A stretch of 64,000 nucleotides of DNA, from NCBI GenBank assembly GCA_002633005.1, contig NMRA01000033.1:258397-322396 (forward strand). The letters are read 5' to 3'. The notes below the pieces were generated by a model. The model saw only the letters and a program-made list of their open reading frames with translations, made no database searches and was not told the origin of the DNA. The DNA comes from Phoronis australis. Its lineage: Eukaryota > Animalia > Phoronida. Of this stretch, positions 25,178 to 40,303 are shown one piece after another. Position numbers and translations under genes: made by a program. Within the stretch, counting starts at the first letter, position 1; each line of letters begins with the position of its first letter.

Positions 25178-27337
25178 GTCAGTGTAATTATCCAAATATC
25201 TATAAACTATATTTTAGCTCAGGAAAATTATTAATTTACTGAAAGTTGAAAGCCTATAGAATTTGGATATTAGCAAAAAATAAAGTTACATTCCTAGCAA
25301 AACAATAATATCAATTACATTGCCAGATTTCATTTGATATGAATGTTTAACATGAAAATTCAAAAACGATATTTCAGTTTTCAAATTATCATTTCGTTTT
25401 CCGTAACTTCCACATTTTCCCATAATAATCATAAAAGCGTCGATTCTTAGATAGCGCAAATCATAACAACATTTTGGAAAGGTCATATTATCTAACAGTT
25501 TCATATGAATATGATCTGTCATTTCAGAGCTGTGATGTCTTGAATTAGCAGAATTTGAAATTCTTCCAGGGCACAATTCATAACCTTAATGTTTTCGTCA
25601 CTACCGACTGGCTTTAAATCACTCATTATTTCGCGTTTTAATTTAAAACAGCATCTATAGAAATCTCGCGGCAAAAGTATAGCTGACGGCAGTAATACTG
25701 AAATCCTTCAAATGAAGCAGACAGTAAATCAATACTGGAGTGCAGATATTCCTTATAACGGTGAGTAGACAAGATCAAACTCAGTACCCAGACACAGTTG
25801 ATGCAACTAAATAACTATCATTACTCGCATTAGTCAACTGTCACCCACAAACCATGCCTATTCGCGGGTTAAATAGGAATCTAAATGCTCGCGCCAACTT
25901 CACCCAAAGATCAATACATGCTATGCTAAAGTACGCTACCTTCACCAGACACATCCACTCAAGTTCAATAGGGCAGACACAAGACCAGATAAACAATTAA
26001 ATTTCCACCAGGGACATCCATATCCTCATTCTTATTTTTCACAATCACCTTCAATCACAGATGTGACACTGAGAAACTTAAAGCCCTGTGTAGCACGTTT
26101 TGCTTCATCTCCTTGTTTTTTTTATACAGTGAGTTACGATTTCTGACTACCCATAATAAAACCATGGACAGAAGGAAGTTCACTAATTACTTCAAGCAAG
26201 ACATGATCACCGCTTACTTAATGTATCCCAGTTCGAAGATTGTGATTTCGGTCTGACCTAATTCAGCTCCGAGTTGGAATTAAGAATGCAAATTTCTTCA
26301 TTACGCACGAGTTTGAAAGAATGGAACAAATACTCTCATCAGAGGTCATCGACCAACTCTTTATGTTTCCAAGTTTACAGCAAAACGCATGGAATCAATC
26401 GATTTCTCCGTTTCTCCAACCATTAGACAACCCATTTATCATTTCAGCTTTTAAAACTGCCAGCATATATACACACATATATATAGTATGAGGGAGGCTT
26501 ACTCTGATTAAAAGTTCTCAGTGAACAAAGTTGTACAAATAACAAAAAAAAATCGACAACATAATGACAATTACAGTATCAGGGTGTTTCAAAGGCGGAA
26601 CTGAAAAATATGGGAAATAGGCATTTGAACTGCGTACAACAGGCATCCATAGCTTTTCAATAGGAACATTTTGTTGAAGCGATTAAGTTCTGCCTAATCT
26701 ACAAATAGTACATAAATGACCATGAAATTTTGTTGTGACTGGATTTGCTCCGTTTAGTTGGAACAATGACTAAAATCTCACCTATTTAGAACACAGTATG
26801 ATAAACCAGTAAATTCAATTTTTACATATATTTGTCGAAAAATACAAATAGCACCAAATATTTACATCACCATTTAGAATTTCTGCACCTTACCTAATAT
26901 TTAAATAATGTTCAGCAATATCATGGCCATTCATACCCAAAAAAACATCAGTTTTGGTAATTACTTTTGTCTGAATTTGGTGATAATACGGATTTTTCGG
27001 TAACGAAACAGTGGATTATAACGGGTGGCTGTTATTGTGCCAAAGAACTGCTCTGTTGTCCTCTGATTTCATACTTCAAGGTTACAAACTTGCAAACAAC
27101 AAAGCTACAAGGGATTACATAACGGATTGTAAAAGTTGAGTTAACACCAAAACAAACCCAACTCAGTCAAAGGGCAGATATCAGTTAACTTATTTCATGT
27201 TTGTTGATTGTCCTGCATTAGAGACGATATCAAAAGCATATACAGAATACAGTAAAATAAAGGGGTTGAACAGTGGGCATATAGTTTCAAACCCATTGTA
27301 TGCTGAGCAAAATCAACATATTTGAAAACACTCTACA

Positions 27338-27518
27338 TAAGAGAGGGGTCTGCCAAAGATGTACCTTTTATGAGGGAGGTCTGCGGAAGGTGTACTCTTC
27401 GTGAAGGTGTCAGCCAAAGGTGTAGCTTTTATAAGCAACGTCTGCCCCAGGTGTACTCTATATGAGGGGGTTCATCCAAAGATGTATTCTTCATGAGGGG
27501 GCCTGATGAAGGTGTATA
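27338..27518. repeat. Degenerate ~30-bp minisatellite, about 6 copies
   Basis: Consensus approximately atgagggggtctgccaaaggtgtactcttt. Confidence 0.8.
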
Positions 27519-30500
27519 TTTGCAAGCTGTTGAAAATGACGATTATTAACCAGAACATTAAAAATGTTGAAGCTACCAAAAGCCGCAACAAATGCAGCGT
27601 TTAAGGATGCAGTTTCCAATGCATTTTGGGCTTGAAGGGGGGGTAACTAATCCACATATTAGCTTAAGGTGCTTTCCCATTAGAGGTGAAACATCGCTTA
27701 TACACAACTTTCGGTAAGTGGGAAAGGTTATCTCCCGTTATTACGTCTGCAAGTGAAACCTCGCTGAAAATACGATTTAAAAGTAAAGCTTCGGCACTCA
27801 CCGAAACTTCAGTATAGCGGGAAAGGTCAGAGCGAAACTTCCCCGAAGTTACAACACATGAACAGATTTACAGCACTGGCTGTTTGCTATTGCGACCACA
27901 AGGCTCTCTAGATTTGCTCGTTAGTGCAGGTTAGTTTCAGCGGCTGAAACAGTGGTGGAAAAATTGCATGCATTTTTTGTAGCCAATTTCAATTCAAACA
28001 AAAGATAAGAATATGATGCTGGTTAACAATGGCTTTAACATAGTAATCGGCATAAAAACCAGGGAAAATATTATATGTTTTAATAAAGCATGGGGTACAC
28101 CTTTTTAAGAAGTTGCTACAAATTAATTACACTTCATGTAGGATAACATTGATTTGTCATTAGAGCACAAATGGACACATCCGATTAACTACAGCAGATT
28201 TTAAAAATAGTCCACCATACCCAGTGACAAACAGTATATCTAAGTCAAATGTGCTCATACTAGTGATCCAGAGATCAGACAATCATAAATGCATCTCTCA
28301 ACTTCAAGGAAATTGTGATGGTATTTACAAACAAGTAAGTTGCAATTAATCCCACTGGAAGGAGTTATAGCGAACATGTACCAAATCAAATCCCTCATAT
28401 CAAGCATTCAGAGGGGGTTTAATAGCCTGTGACATTTTGATTCATAGTTATTAAGTTCTTGGTCATACGAACAACTGTTAAACCATTGCTACTGTGATGA
28501 ATCTAAAGAAGTCACATTAGCTGCAATGACAATGCCCAAGTAAAAAACAAGATTCAAAATTACAGATGATGATTGTGAAAAGATTAACAAGAGTACATAG
28601 GGCCCCACACTGTTCCATTGGCCATAAAACTGCCATCCACAAAAGCTTTTTTTATAGCAGTGGGTGGTCTTAAAAATTTACTTTTTGCGTGGATTGCAAA
28701 TTAATAGCCTTTGATCTAAATAGGGTACAACTTATACAAACTACCCTAAAAAAATACTAACAAGTAAAGAATTGACGTTAGGATTGGCATTATCAAAATA
28801 ATACTGCTTTCATCTTAGAAGTTCGTTAACATCTTTTTTATTGTCAGTACATGCAAAAAGCATCACATTTTGTCAGAGTTCAGTCAATGAAATGTCAAGA
28901 TGAATCTATTCAATGAGTTATATAGTTAAAATCTCTTCTCAATGTTTTCAGCTCGTGAGCATGTTTTACATCAAACTCGTCTATGACAATCTTCAAAGCT
29001 TAAGTATCCACCTTTTCAAAATTCAAGGATTAAACTCGAATTGCCCAACATTACAGAAACCTTACAACACAAAGTCGGCGTTTTGAGGCTTATTATTTTA
29101 ATTGTGCACACGAAAACAATGGTCATCTTTTTTGTTGCAAATTTGAGTGCATCAACTACTGCTGCGGTCGGTGAATTTTGCAATGTTTTTCAGTTGTTGA
29201 GAATTTCAAAATTTGAACAGCGGAAAAAGAAGACAAATCATCCTTAAAATTACTATTTTTGCATCCTTTGATGATTTTGATAACGCTGATAATGTATGTC
29301 AGGCCTAGAATTTCAGCAGGTATTTTCAACATGCATTTATCCCCCCTCCCCAATTTGCTTAATAGTAACTTGGCGCCTGGACCTCAAACACACATCAGTT
29401 TCACACACCCATTCAATTTATGGCTCAGCAACCTGCTGAGGTAGATATTTAGTGAACTTCAGGTCTGTGGGACTTATAATTTTGGAGGTCATACCTGGCT
29501 TGTGCATCTGTCTGGCGACAATAAAGCACCAATAGTAGGGTTAAAATGCCTACCAATCACTTCTTGAAAATTTTGAATTAAACATCTCCAAAGCGTTATG
29601 CACCCTAGCTATGGAATTAGTATGGGGACTAACTATCAGCCAGTGGGGATAGTCTTAGTTGTTGTTATCAGTTTGACAGTGGCAAACCAATGTTTACATA
29701 GTCCAGCTTTCTTATTATCTGCTGTCATCTGATGCTCATGTAATCCAGCAATAGTGTTCTAAACAGGAAGCCTGATTCTAATGGATATTTATTTGCAAAC
29801 AACTTTCAACAAATGTCACGAAGCAGATGTGTTTTGTAAGAAATACTTTCACCAAAAAAACTTCTGCATGGAGAAAAACAGTTGACTTTCAGAGAAATTA
29901 GACTTGACTTTCATCTGTTGATTCCTTTGTGCAGCTGCAAGCTCTGACCAGCTTAACCATAGTATTGTGTATCAACACAAAATGCTTGTTTGACAAGCTT
30001 AATGCAGTGTGATTCTAGATTAGATCATGAAAGTGGAAATTTCTTGATTTTTACACTAAAGCAGAATGGTATGCAATGGTCTTGGGAAATTAGCTGATTG
30101 TTAGCAAAGGAATACAACACCATAAATAAGTTTCATAGACAGAATATTGCATGTTTGTCCATATGACAACCAGTTGTCCTTCACCTTCAGCAGCAGGTAT
30201 GCACCACTAATTGTAAGAACTATTGGCTGTTAATTAAGTCTCTCTGTTCATCAGCCTACTTACAAAATGGTGTAACTGGCTACAGGTGGCACAAGGCTTG
30301 TTGGACTCAGTGTCTTGGGAATAATACATATGGTCAAACACAGTCAGACTCAGACAGAATACTGATAGTTAATTAAATCATAAATGCTCAAGACAATAAT
30401 GCTTTAACACAAGTAATAATGATGATGGATGCTGCTGATAATGAAAATTAGAATAATTTAAAACCAATGCACAATTTTAGTTTTCAATTGTTCAAAAAAC

Positions 30501-30527
30501 AACATGACTGAAGAGTAATTCTAGGTA

Positions 30528-30798
30528 CCCTGTTCGTCCAACAGGTCAATCAAAAATCTAAAAAAATCAGGCATTGGGCGATGATACAAAGATCGTCGCC
30601 TAACTGAACTAGAAAATCCAAGCACAATGATTTTCCAGTGTCGGATATTATTGATAAAATGAAGACATTACTGTAGAATTTTAGAACTGTAGGTAAGGCA
30701 TTTTTACGTATTCATGGACTGGGCGCTTATTTTATCGAAGTCTGAAAACGTGTGGGGGGCGCTTATAGGGGCATGGGCGCTTATTAGGACGAATGTTA
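30528..30798. mobile_element. Short Tc2/pogo-like MITE remnant
   Basis: taccctgttcgtcc ... three gggcgcttat motifs, then taggacgaatgtta. Same end as 18970-19000. Confidence 0.6.
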
Positions 30799-32486
30799 TT
30801 ATTTATAGAATAATTTTGACTAAAATGACATTGTACATTACAATAAGAAATCAGTTTATCAAGAAATATGGTATTTCACTTGCTGTGAGCACATGGACCA
30901 GTGACTTCTGCCTATCCCCCCTTTTCTTCGTTTCAGACTAGTCCCCAAATTCCTCTGTGCACGGCCACACATTGTAATCTTTTGTCTAGACGAATCGAGT
31001 AACGGGTGACATCTACTGAATCGGATGGATCCCACTGCCAGAGCATCGACACGCTGATCAAACATAACCTTAAATTCATGATAAAAACAGCACAAGGAGG
31101 AGAAAATTTATTCATGTTCATCTGAGAAACAAAAAATGCTTTTGCGCTCCGAAAATTCGCTCGCCCCCTGGGCGACCAGCAAGTCAACTTCTATTCGTCC
31201 AGCATCATTTTTACTCGCATTGGCGACTGGGCGAATGGCAAAGTATATCCCTGTGTACGTGTATTAGAAAATGAAAGTTCAGTGATGCAAAATTATGGGA
31301 TGGGAGTTGAGCCAAACATAAAGATTAGCCTGAACAAGTGCACTTAATAAGCAATGTGTTTGTGTTTCTAATCCATGGCTCAATTTGCTGACCTTACATT
31401 TTCTTTGGCGACCTGATAAAAATACCAAGTTGCCCCGAAGTCGTCATGCACACATTCAAGCAGTTGCTCACAACACTACAGAAAGTAGACTGTATTCGGA
31501 ACTGTTTGCCAAAAAATGGAAGGGCCAGTTCATGACTCATGCACTGATCTATCCGGAGTGTCCGATCATCAGGTTTTCCTTAAGGTAGGAGGCCCGTCCT
31601 GTGCAGGGGACAATTGGCACACCATATACAAATAATTTTCCGCTTGACTAAAAACAAGCCTCTCAGGCCATCTCGGGTATTCTGGTAACAATTTGCTCAG
31701 TTCGCCAGTTTTTCAATTCGCACCCGCATCAAGGAGTCTCCTTGTAATTTGGCGACCATTTCCTATTTCGTGACCATTGAGCAATGAAGTCATAATTCCA
31801 TAAAAACGAAAGCGCAAATCCACGACTGACCCAATAATTCAAAGTCGAGTCAAAGATGACAATTGACGAGGTTATGTGATGCTATAAAAACAGGATAACC
31901 CAAAGCAACTATTTTAATCTTAATTCACACAGATGTTTATCAGAAAATGACATAACATACTTATCAAAATGTCTAAGTACCTCCCTTAAATGGTTCCATG
32001 CCAACATTTCAATATTTTGAACCAATCGTGTTGTGTTAATGACACATTTCATTAACTTTGACCAATGAGTTGGTGCTATTACCATACTTCATTAACATTA
32101 GACCAATTAAATTGAGCCATTCACATACGTCTAACTCTTAGACTAAACCAGTTCTACTCTTTATAAGGACATTGATTGATCCTTGAAAAGCATATTCCCT
32201 TTCTGTATTTCTTTGGATGAGTATCCTGTGTCATATTCTTAATGAACCATGAGGCTATTTCTGTGTAATTTGTATTAAAAATAGTCGCACTGGTTTCTTT
32301 GCAACAGAGTTCATTAGCAGAAATGACAAACGAAGCTACACCATGTGAAATGATGTAAGTTCCTACATAACGAGGTGTGCTGACAAGTGTCACAATGACA
32401 TGATGTCTTGTCGCCGACATCATAGCTAAAAAAGCACAGAATTGAAATCAGTTCCTAAACCGTGAAATTGATTCAGAGACCTCGTT

Positions 32487-33590
32487 AAAACAAGAGCAAC
32501 TTAAGGTGTTGATATGCACCCACAGTGCACTGGAAACGGTTCACTTCTATAGCCGCATTTACATGGGAGACAATTGTCACGGAGCAAAAAGCACGGAACA
32601 GCTGATTCGTGCAAGTGTGCCTGTGTGTGATTGTGTAAACACAACTGACATGGAGCAAGCTGACACCGCGGTAGCCATTTTTGACACTGGTTTGAGAGGT
32701 AGAGCAAGCTGAACTCGATCACTTGCTCCATTTTCGCTATACATCTAAACACAAACTGGGGCAAGGCAGAAGGGATCGTCTGTGTTACGCTTACGTGACA
32801 GCGTGTGTACGGGTGACTCGCTAGCATTCCACGTGGTTCGGATGTTCTGCGCAGACAGTCTTCGTGTAAATGACCCATGTTGGTACCTCACCATTGGACT
32901 AAAAATTGGCAGGCGTTGCCTACTTTGTAATTTGGCGTATACAAAAATGGACACAGCACTTTTTGGAAGCTGCTCAAAACTGGTAGCTGCCATCATCTGC
33001 AAAATGGAATGCCCACTATGGCGTGCTGCAGTAATCAAATCTGCCCAATAATCGACCAGTGCCGCTACAAACCTCAGCGTCAAGTTTCATTGAAATCTAT
33101 TAATCAGTTCTCTAGATGAAAATTAACTGGTGCCGCCAAATGGCCATCACATACTACTCTCACTGAAATCTGTCTATCACTCCCTTCGCCATCATCCCGA
33201 AACACGCTTCTCCCCCCAAAAAATACTGAAAAGCTCCATGAGACCAAAATGGCCAATACCGAGTGTTGTCGTTAACAAATCTGCAAGAAAATGAAGTGGT
33301 GCCGGTGTATTGCCATCCCATAACACTATGTCGAGTTTCACTAAAATCCACCCATCAGTTCTCTAGACATCTTTCAGAAACTCTCTTCTCCCATTAACAC
33401 TGAAAAGCCCTGGTTGTCTGGCTGTAGGGGGCAGGATGATAAGTGGCAAGTACCGCCTATACTCTTGTGCCACATTTCACCAAGATCCAACCAGCGGTTT
33501 TTGAGATATTGATTGGACATTACCCAACAACCAGACAACTGGACAGGATGACAAAAACATGTGACCACACATTTAAACATATCATAAAAA
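32487..33590. mobile_element. Second HINE-like element with a probable nested Harbinger-like MITE (~32501-32877)
   Basis: aaaacaagagc start, repeated agtttcattgaaatc...cagttctctaga units, and a gaca-like tail before cataaaaa. The segment 32565-32775 is homologous to 52100-52295 and 55430-55625, and inverted at 50940-51125. Confidence 0.5.
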
Positions 33591-36500
33591 TAAACAGCAC
33601 CAAAGGTTTTATAATTTTACCTTCTACACCAAATCTACCATCGGAAATTGCGGGCATTCATATCTGCCGACAATAAGTTTTGGCCATCGTAATCGAGATC
33701 TTGCAGGAAGTGCTTTGCGAGTATTCTTGCACAATGTTTTGCTGCTATAAACAAGTTTTTTCAAAGGTGTGGTTTGCGTATTATGCCTAATGCCTGAATG
33801 TACAGTATACAGAACACATCTGCCACATGCTTTTTAATTATTACAGTACTCAAAGAAAATAAAGATGTAGTCCCGCGATATTTTGTTGACTATTTTAATT
33901 ACCAACAACATGTTATTTACAACATTGTAGTTGGGTTACGTCATTGTGATTAACAACTAAAAGTGACATTATAGGTACTGCAGCCAAAAATGCATTTTTG
34001 AGATTCGCGGTGGGTGGGATACATTTTTGAAGTTATTAACTTTAACCAGAGGTATCAAACAACAAAAACCATTGCGTTTTTGTGATTTCTCTGTTGTCTG
34101 CCAGACATTTGTTGAAGGCCTGTGACTTTACCAGTTAAATACACTTAAAATCTGTGCTGGGATTTAGATCCACCAGCAAAGTGATAAACTATGCACACAA
34201 AACAGGAGGTCCATCCTATGTTAGATTCCATGCTGAGACCAGTCTCAGAAAATAACTTTTCTCCCCGTTAATGTCCCTTCAAATGTTCTATTTACAAAAT
34301 AGTTGAATGACTTCCACATTTGTGACATACCAACACCACCTGGAATTTACAGTGATGACAACAAAAGCCCTGAATCTTAAAGTTATTTATAGACATAGAT
34401 GAAAGTGCAGTCTAGTCTAACTAGAATAGTTGATATTCCAGAGATAATGAGAAATGCCAAGTAATCATCAAGGATAATGGCAAACAAGACAAGAAATGCA
34501 TTTAATTAGAAACAAAACACAAGCATATTGTATGCCCTTGGCTTCTGCCTCCATCATTTCACATCTTCACACGTCTTTGTGACACAGCCGCTGTGACTAT
34601 CGTGGTTTACCTTTTTGTAGAAAAAAATGGTGTCTATTATCACCTTTGAGAATAACTCTAATATCCTCAGCATTCATTGCATAAGAACCACTTACCGGTA
34701 TTTTCCTATCATACACGGTAATAGTAAAATCTCGCCAATTTCAGAAAAAAACAATAATTAAAGCCAAAACTGACTTTTTCATTTTCTAAGATTTCTAATA
34801 TTGTTGGGAATACTCAAGCTTAAAGGAAAATAGTAAATTTTTGGTCGCATTCTGTCCAAATTTGCTGAGCTTTTGTAATCGCTTACAACCATTACCATTC
34901 ATAATTGTTTCCGTGACATTTTCATACAAAAAGTGCACTTGCGTAAAGCTCCATGCAGTGTCAATTTCAAAAACTATTGCATTGATTTATGTAATGGTTT
35001 GAAACCTTTGGTTTGTTAATACTGCAGGGTGAAACCATTCCCATATACACAAAAAACACCAATGGAGTTCATTGACTACTTCAAGGGAACAAATTCACCA
35101 CTTCTAACTTGATCTATACGAGTTCAAAGTTGATGACTTTCCTTTGACCTATTAATATTACCGCTATACAGGACTTTAAACAGCTTTTGCTAATGGTTGT
35201 CGCCCAAGTTCACAATACCGTCTTTTCATTGGTCAAACGAAATTCTTTACTTACACACTGCTTTGGCCAAAAACAAAATGTGATGAATGAAATTCCACGA
35301 GATTTCCATGGGGGTCTGATATTTTTTCTTTACCGTGACTTTTTCATGCATAGAATCTCAGGTTTTCCAAGCTCACTGGGGAATAGGACACCACTTATAA
35401 TTTCAGTTTGACATCTAAATTCATGAGATAACCCTTCGTCTACTCCTTATTGATATGACATATCCATTGCATTGACCAAAAACATGAGAAAATTATGGAT
35501 AATTAGACGAGATCTGGGGAGACTTCCCGTCCTAGACACAACATTTTTTGGGCAGAGCACTCAATTTGGTATCTAAAAATTCTTGCTGTTCAATATTGTC
35601 CGCAGAAGTTTTGTGAACTGGTAGTAATTTACCTCAAAAGCTCACTTTGTTACCCAACTTTCAAAGTTTGGAAAAATGATGACCTGTCTGCGCCAGCTGA
35701 CTTTCTTACTATAACAGAAATCAATCACGAAGACAATGTGCACACTGAGTTAACAACATAAACCATGGACCAAACTGAGGAAAGTGAACAAATTTTGTAC
35801 ACACTTTGCACCATATTTTTAAAATGGATCCTATTGTTGACACGAGTGAAGTCTATCAACAATACAACTCTGAATTTTGTGTAGGGTTTTCCATTAAATC
35901 TGAGGCTGCAGGCCGTTTTCCCAGACTGCTGAGTCAGTAAGCCTGAGTAAGATTTTGGGTAATACAGGGGCCCGCAATTTTGAGAATGAGTTTTCTTCAC
36001 TGAACTACGGGCATCAAACTGACTCTCAAAATCTAGGACACTTGTAAGTGACCATTGCCGGATTTTGTCTGTAGTTTTAGATTTTTGTCAGTAGTAACAT
36101 TGAAAACAGATTTTAGAAATTTCCTGTACTCATATCTTAGGAGGGAGTTAATTTTTTGGGAGAAATACTTGTAACCCTCTAATAAAGGCTAATACCAGAA
36201 CACTCGTGGATAACACTACTCTGCAGCAGACGAGTACTTAATATGCCTGCAGACCTTGAATGGCTGAAATTCATGAGACCAAGATATTAAAAAATGTCTG
36301 CATTATGCTCCTGACGCAAGAATACGTCCCTATCGCAGACAGTTCAGCCCAACATTACTACTCCCTATGAAACGCCACTTTTTGGCCATTTTGCTTTTTC
36401 GATGAATCAACTGCGGGTTTTTATTCAAACACATCAGTGAACATAGATTATAAACTTTTTCACATTAATATGTTTTGTCTAATAACTGAATTTAAAATCA

Positions 36501-38241
36501 AAAGCCAACAACGCAAATAAGTAAACAAAAAGTTTAAATTTCCACTAATGCCCCGATTTTGTGGGAAATTGAGTTTTTAGACTATCAAGATGCCAGGCAG
36601 AAGCGATTACTATTCTATAGTTACGTTCACAGCAATATTGTTTTTGCTTGAAATCCTTAGTGATTTCAATGGTCATTCTGTATAACAAGCAGGTCTGAAT
36701 GCCAAAGGAAGAAAAATAACAGGATATTACGGCCCCTGGACATCATAAAGCAACAATTAACGAATGGCTTTGTATCTGATGTAATAACCAAAACCATTAA
36801 TCTAAATTTAATGGATAGGAGACTTTCTTCAGCAATTACATCCCCCATTGACATAGTATTGAATGCTACGCGCTGACAGGCAGAGCAGAGTCTCTTGACG
36901 TAAATTGGCATCTGAACATAGCCTTCATTTACATTCCTATCTATAATGACAATGATAATGGCTATGAGTTCACAATATCAATAGTGATTGAGAAGCTTGA
37001 CGGTTAATATTCAGAATCACTGAGTTTGAATTTAAAGGTTTACCGAGGGCCTGTTCGTGGGTACTCTCATTCAAGTGGTAAGTGGTAAGCCACACTCGAG
37101 GCTTTTTCATGACCAGTTTCCCTATGGAAACCATGGTACAATTTCTGACAAAATTCCCAACACAAGGGTGCCTTTCTGATTTATTTCCTGGGAGATCAAA
37201 ACTCTATTGACGTACAAAAGTGTACATATTAAGTATTATTAATATACCAATACTTTTAACATTTTGGTTGCAAAAGACGAATTCATTTTTTTAAAATGAG
37301 GCATCAAATACTCAAATTATAACAGAATTTTCAGAGTCTGAATTAACATTCAAGGTTCAACGTTTGAATTCAGTAAATACATACTCACAATCAGAATTCA
37401 AAATTTGAATCCATTGCTTAGAATCTCAGAGTTTAGGGTTTGCATTCAATTTAAAAGGGTGTTGTAATCAATCTGTTTTTGCCAGTTTCATCTAGTATTT
37501 ACATAAAAAACATAACATTGCTTATTTTTGTTTGTTTTGACAGTAAAAACTCACCTACCTTCTTTGTTTTGCTTCAAGTGTCAAGTTATAAGCACAATAT
37601 CCTAGAAAATTTGCTTCTAAGATTAAAATCCAACCCCACATACCTTCTAAGACCAAGCTGATCAACTGAAGCCATTGCCATGGATACCAATAGAAAAAGC
37701 AATAGAATATTTAAAACCCCTTAAACAAGTTATCACACGATACACTTGTTTTAATCCACTCGATGTCATGAAAGTGGTCTAAAATATTTTGTTCTTCACT
37801 CAAAATAGATGTGACTTCTTCAATAAAACAAATTGTCAGTACTTTACAAGACTAAACAATCACTTCCAATCTGAGTAAGGAACAAGTTGAAATCAAATTA
37901 AGGTAAAGTTTAAATTAAAAGTAAGTTTCTTCAAGCTTTTAAATAAACAACTTTGAAAATTGTAACTTTAATCTAGAGGGTTGAGAACTAAGTGAAACCC
38001 CACTGAACATATTATGTTATTCTTTTAAATATTTTTTAACATTATTGATATTATTGCTTGTCAAAAAATAAACAGGCCTTTTTCAAAAATAGTTATTTAC
38101 AATACAAGGGAAAAACCAATAAACCACCGTTGAAGTCAAAAATAGAAGTTTTACAACTTTATTATGAAACCTAACATAGAACGATTTGTTACGGAAATAA
38201 TTTGTACCATAAAAGAGGACCAACAATTAACTAAAACCTAC

Positions 38242-40303
38242 CTTCAACGACATGTCCATTCTGATATTTTATCACAATTTTTCGTGTTTTGTTTGAAATG
38301 AAGATCTTCGGTCGATTTGGATCAAAATTCCACGGTTTCATTAACCCCGCAGGCTTGACATCGGTGGTAGCACTTTTGCCAGAATTAGTGCTCGTCTTCC
38401 CATGATGCATCAGTGGCCTAGATTCCTGAGGAGCACCAGGGGGATGAACATTGTCATGGATGGAGCTTTCAGGAATAGGTCCTAGTTTAGAATGATCTGA
38501 GCTAATATTCTTAATTCCGCTTGTCGGCGTTGCATGGTATAAAGGCTTAAGTGTCATTGACGATGACCCAGCCAATGGTTCGAGCAAATGTTTCTCACTT
38601 CCCTCTAGCTTACTTCCCAAGATGCCATCTTTTGGTTTCTCAAGTGCAGGTTGTTTTCTGATGATTCGAGACATCTGACAACTGTCCTGCTCGTCACAAG
38701 AACCAACTGATTTGGATTTCAAATTTTGTCCTGGCAAAGATGGATTCCTGTTTGCAGGCTGGCCATCATCTTGTTGACACATGCTACTTTCACTTCTAGC
38801 ATTACTCGCGCTTATTTCAGCTTTATAGCCAGACGAGTGCGAAATAATGTAATTATTCACAGCGACTAAAGATTGACCTTTAATGCTTCTTGCTCTTTGT
38901 GCATTCTCTGGAGAAACTTTTTTCATTATCGTGTCCATGGAAACGGAATTAGCACAAACAGCAGATCGAGAAACTAGGTCTTTGTGCGTGCGTGAATGTC
39001 CTTCCTTCACCATGATACTGCTGCTACATCCTCTATTACCAGTAAATGACACCTCACACTCGGATGAACCAACAACGTTTGTACCTTCCTGCGTCTCGGC
39101 ACTGTCAATTTCACCTGTGCCATTAATCTCCAATTTTATATCCTCTAAGGATAATGACGTAGCACACGATCCCACTGAAGATTTATCACCGTATCTTTGA
39201 CATTCATTGCCAGCCAAGTCACGCTGGTGACCTGCACGATAATGACCGCTACGGTCAATTGCTCTCGCACCTAGCACACCCAGTGATATGCAGTCATTAC
39301 AGACAATTGAAGCAGAAACAAAGTCTTGTTTCTTGTCACTCGGTTGGGAATAGTTTGGAAGAGAAGTATCTTCAAGAAACGAACGCTCTGCTAGATTTGA
39401 GGTTTGAAGAGGTCCTGTACCAGTTTTAATGACGGACTGATTTAAGCTTGGGCCATCATTATTCCTTAGACTATAATCATGAGAGTTTCTGGTGAGCTCA
39501 TGAAGACCAAACTGGCGACTGCAAAACATGCAACTAGTAAACAAGCAACGCGACATTTCATTGCCAACTGCAACAGAACTTGCACTCGATGTCTTGTCAG
39601 AATGTTGTCTACACATTACATCAACAACTACCTGTTCAGAATGACCTAATCCACCTCCTGCTTTTGGCTCCGGACTATCTTCACAAGGACTGTGTTGTTT
39701 CAAGGACGGTGCAGAATTATCCTTTGTATAAGGTTTCGATCTTCCAGTAACAAGTTGACCATCAATTTTACCACAGCCAAAGTCATTGCTTTTCAGACCA
39801 AAATTGAATGCGGTCTTTGTGGTAGTATTCCTGTCATCGTCTGATCCGATGTCAACACACACAGTCTGGGTGCACACGCTTCTCATTGGTTGCAGACCGA
39901 CATCAGAAGTACAACTGTCTGAATTTTTACCATTAATTATGCAACCACAGCACAAAAAACCCACTCGACAGAAATGTCCTTCAGGATTACTTTTGTCTAA
40001 CACGGCGGTCATCGGAGTACATTCGGTAGCCATGTCTACACCATAATCAGTGCAACCCAAACGTCCTTTGGTGACATTTTCGTTGGAATCCTTGTTGCTT
40101 AGTTTGACAACATCACCTCGATGATCTCCGACCTCAATACCTCCATTGCTCTCAGGGGATTTATCAAGATCTTTAGCGGACAGCATTTCTGTAGGCTCGT
40201 CCTGCTGAAGTTCCAAGTAATCTTGACTACTGACAGCAGGCGCAGTAGTCAGGATATTGACGACTTCTCCATTTTTGTCATGTTTAGAGCAGCAATGACC
40301 CAT
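38242..40303 (-). CDS. PDE1: Large (2062 nt, 687 codons + 1) probable first coding exon of a long PDE1 isoform; Ser/Cys-rich, apparently disordered, with acylation motif MGHCCSK
   Basis: The only long ORF in the window. ATG is in a good context (acaATGg). It ends GTTGAAG|gtaggt, a phase-1 donor matching the phase-1 acceptors at 12488 and 11645 on the same strand. Assignment to PDE1 is inferred from strand and phase only. Confidence 0.7.
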
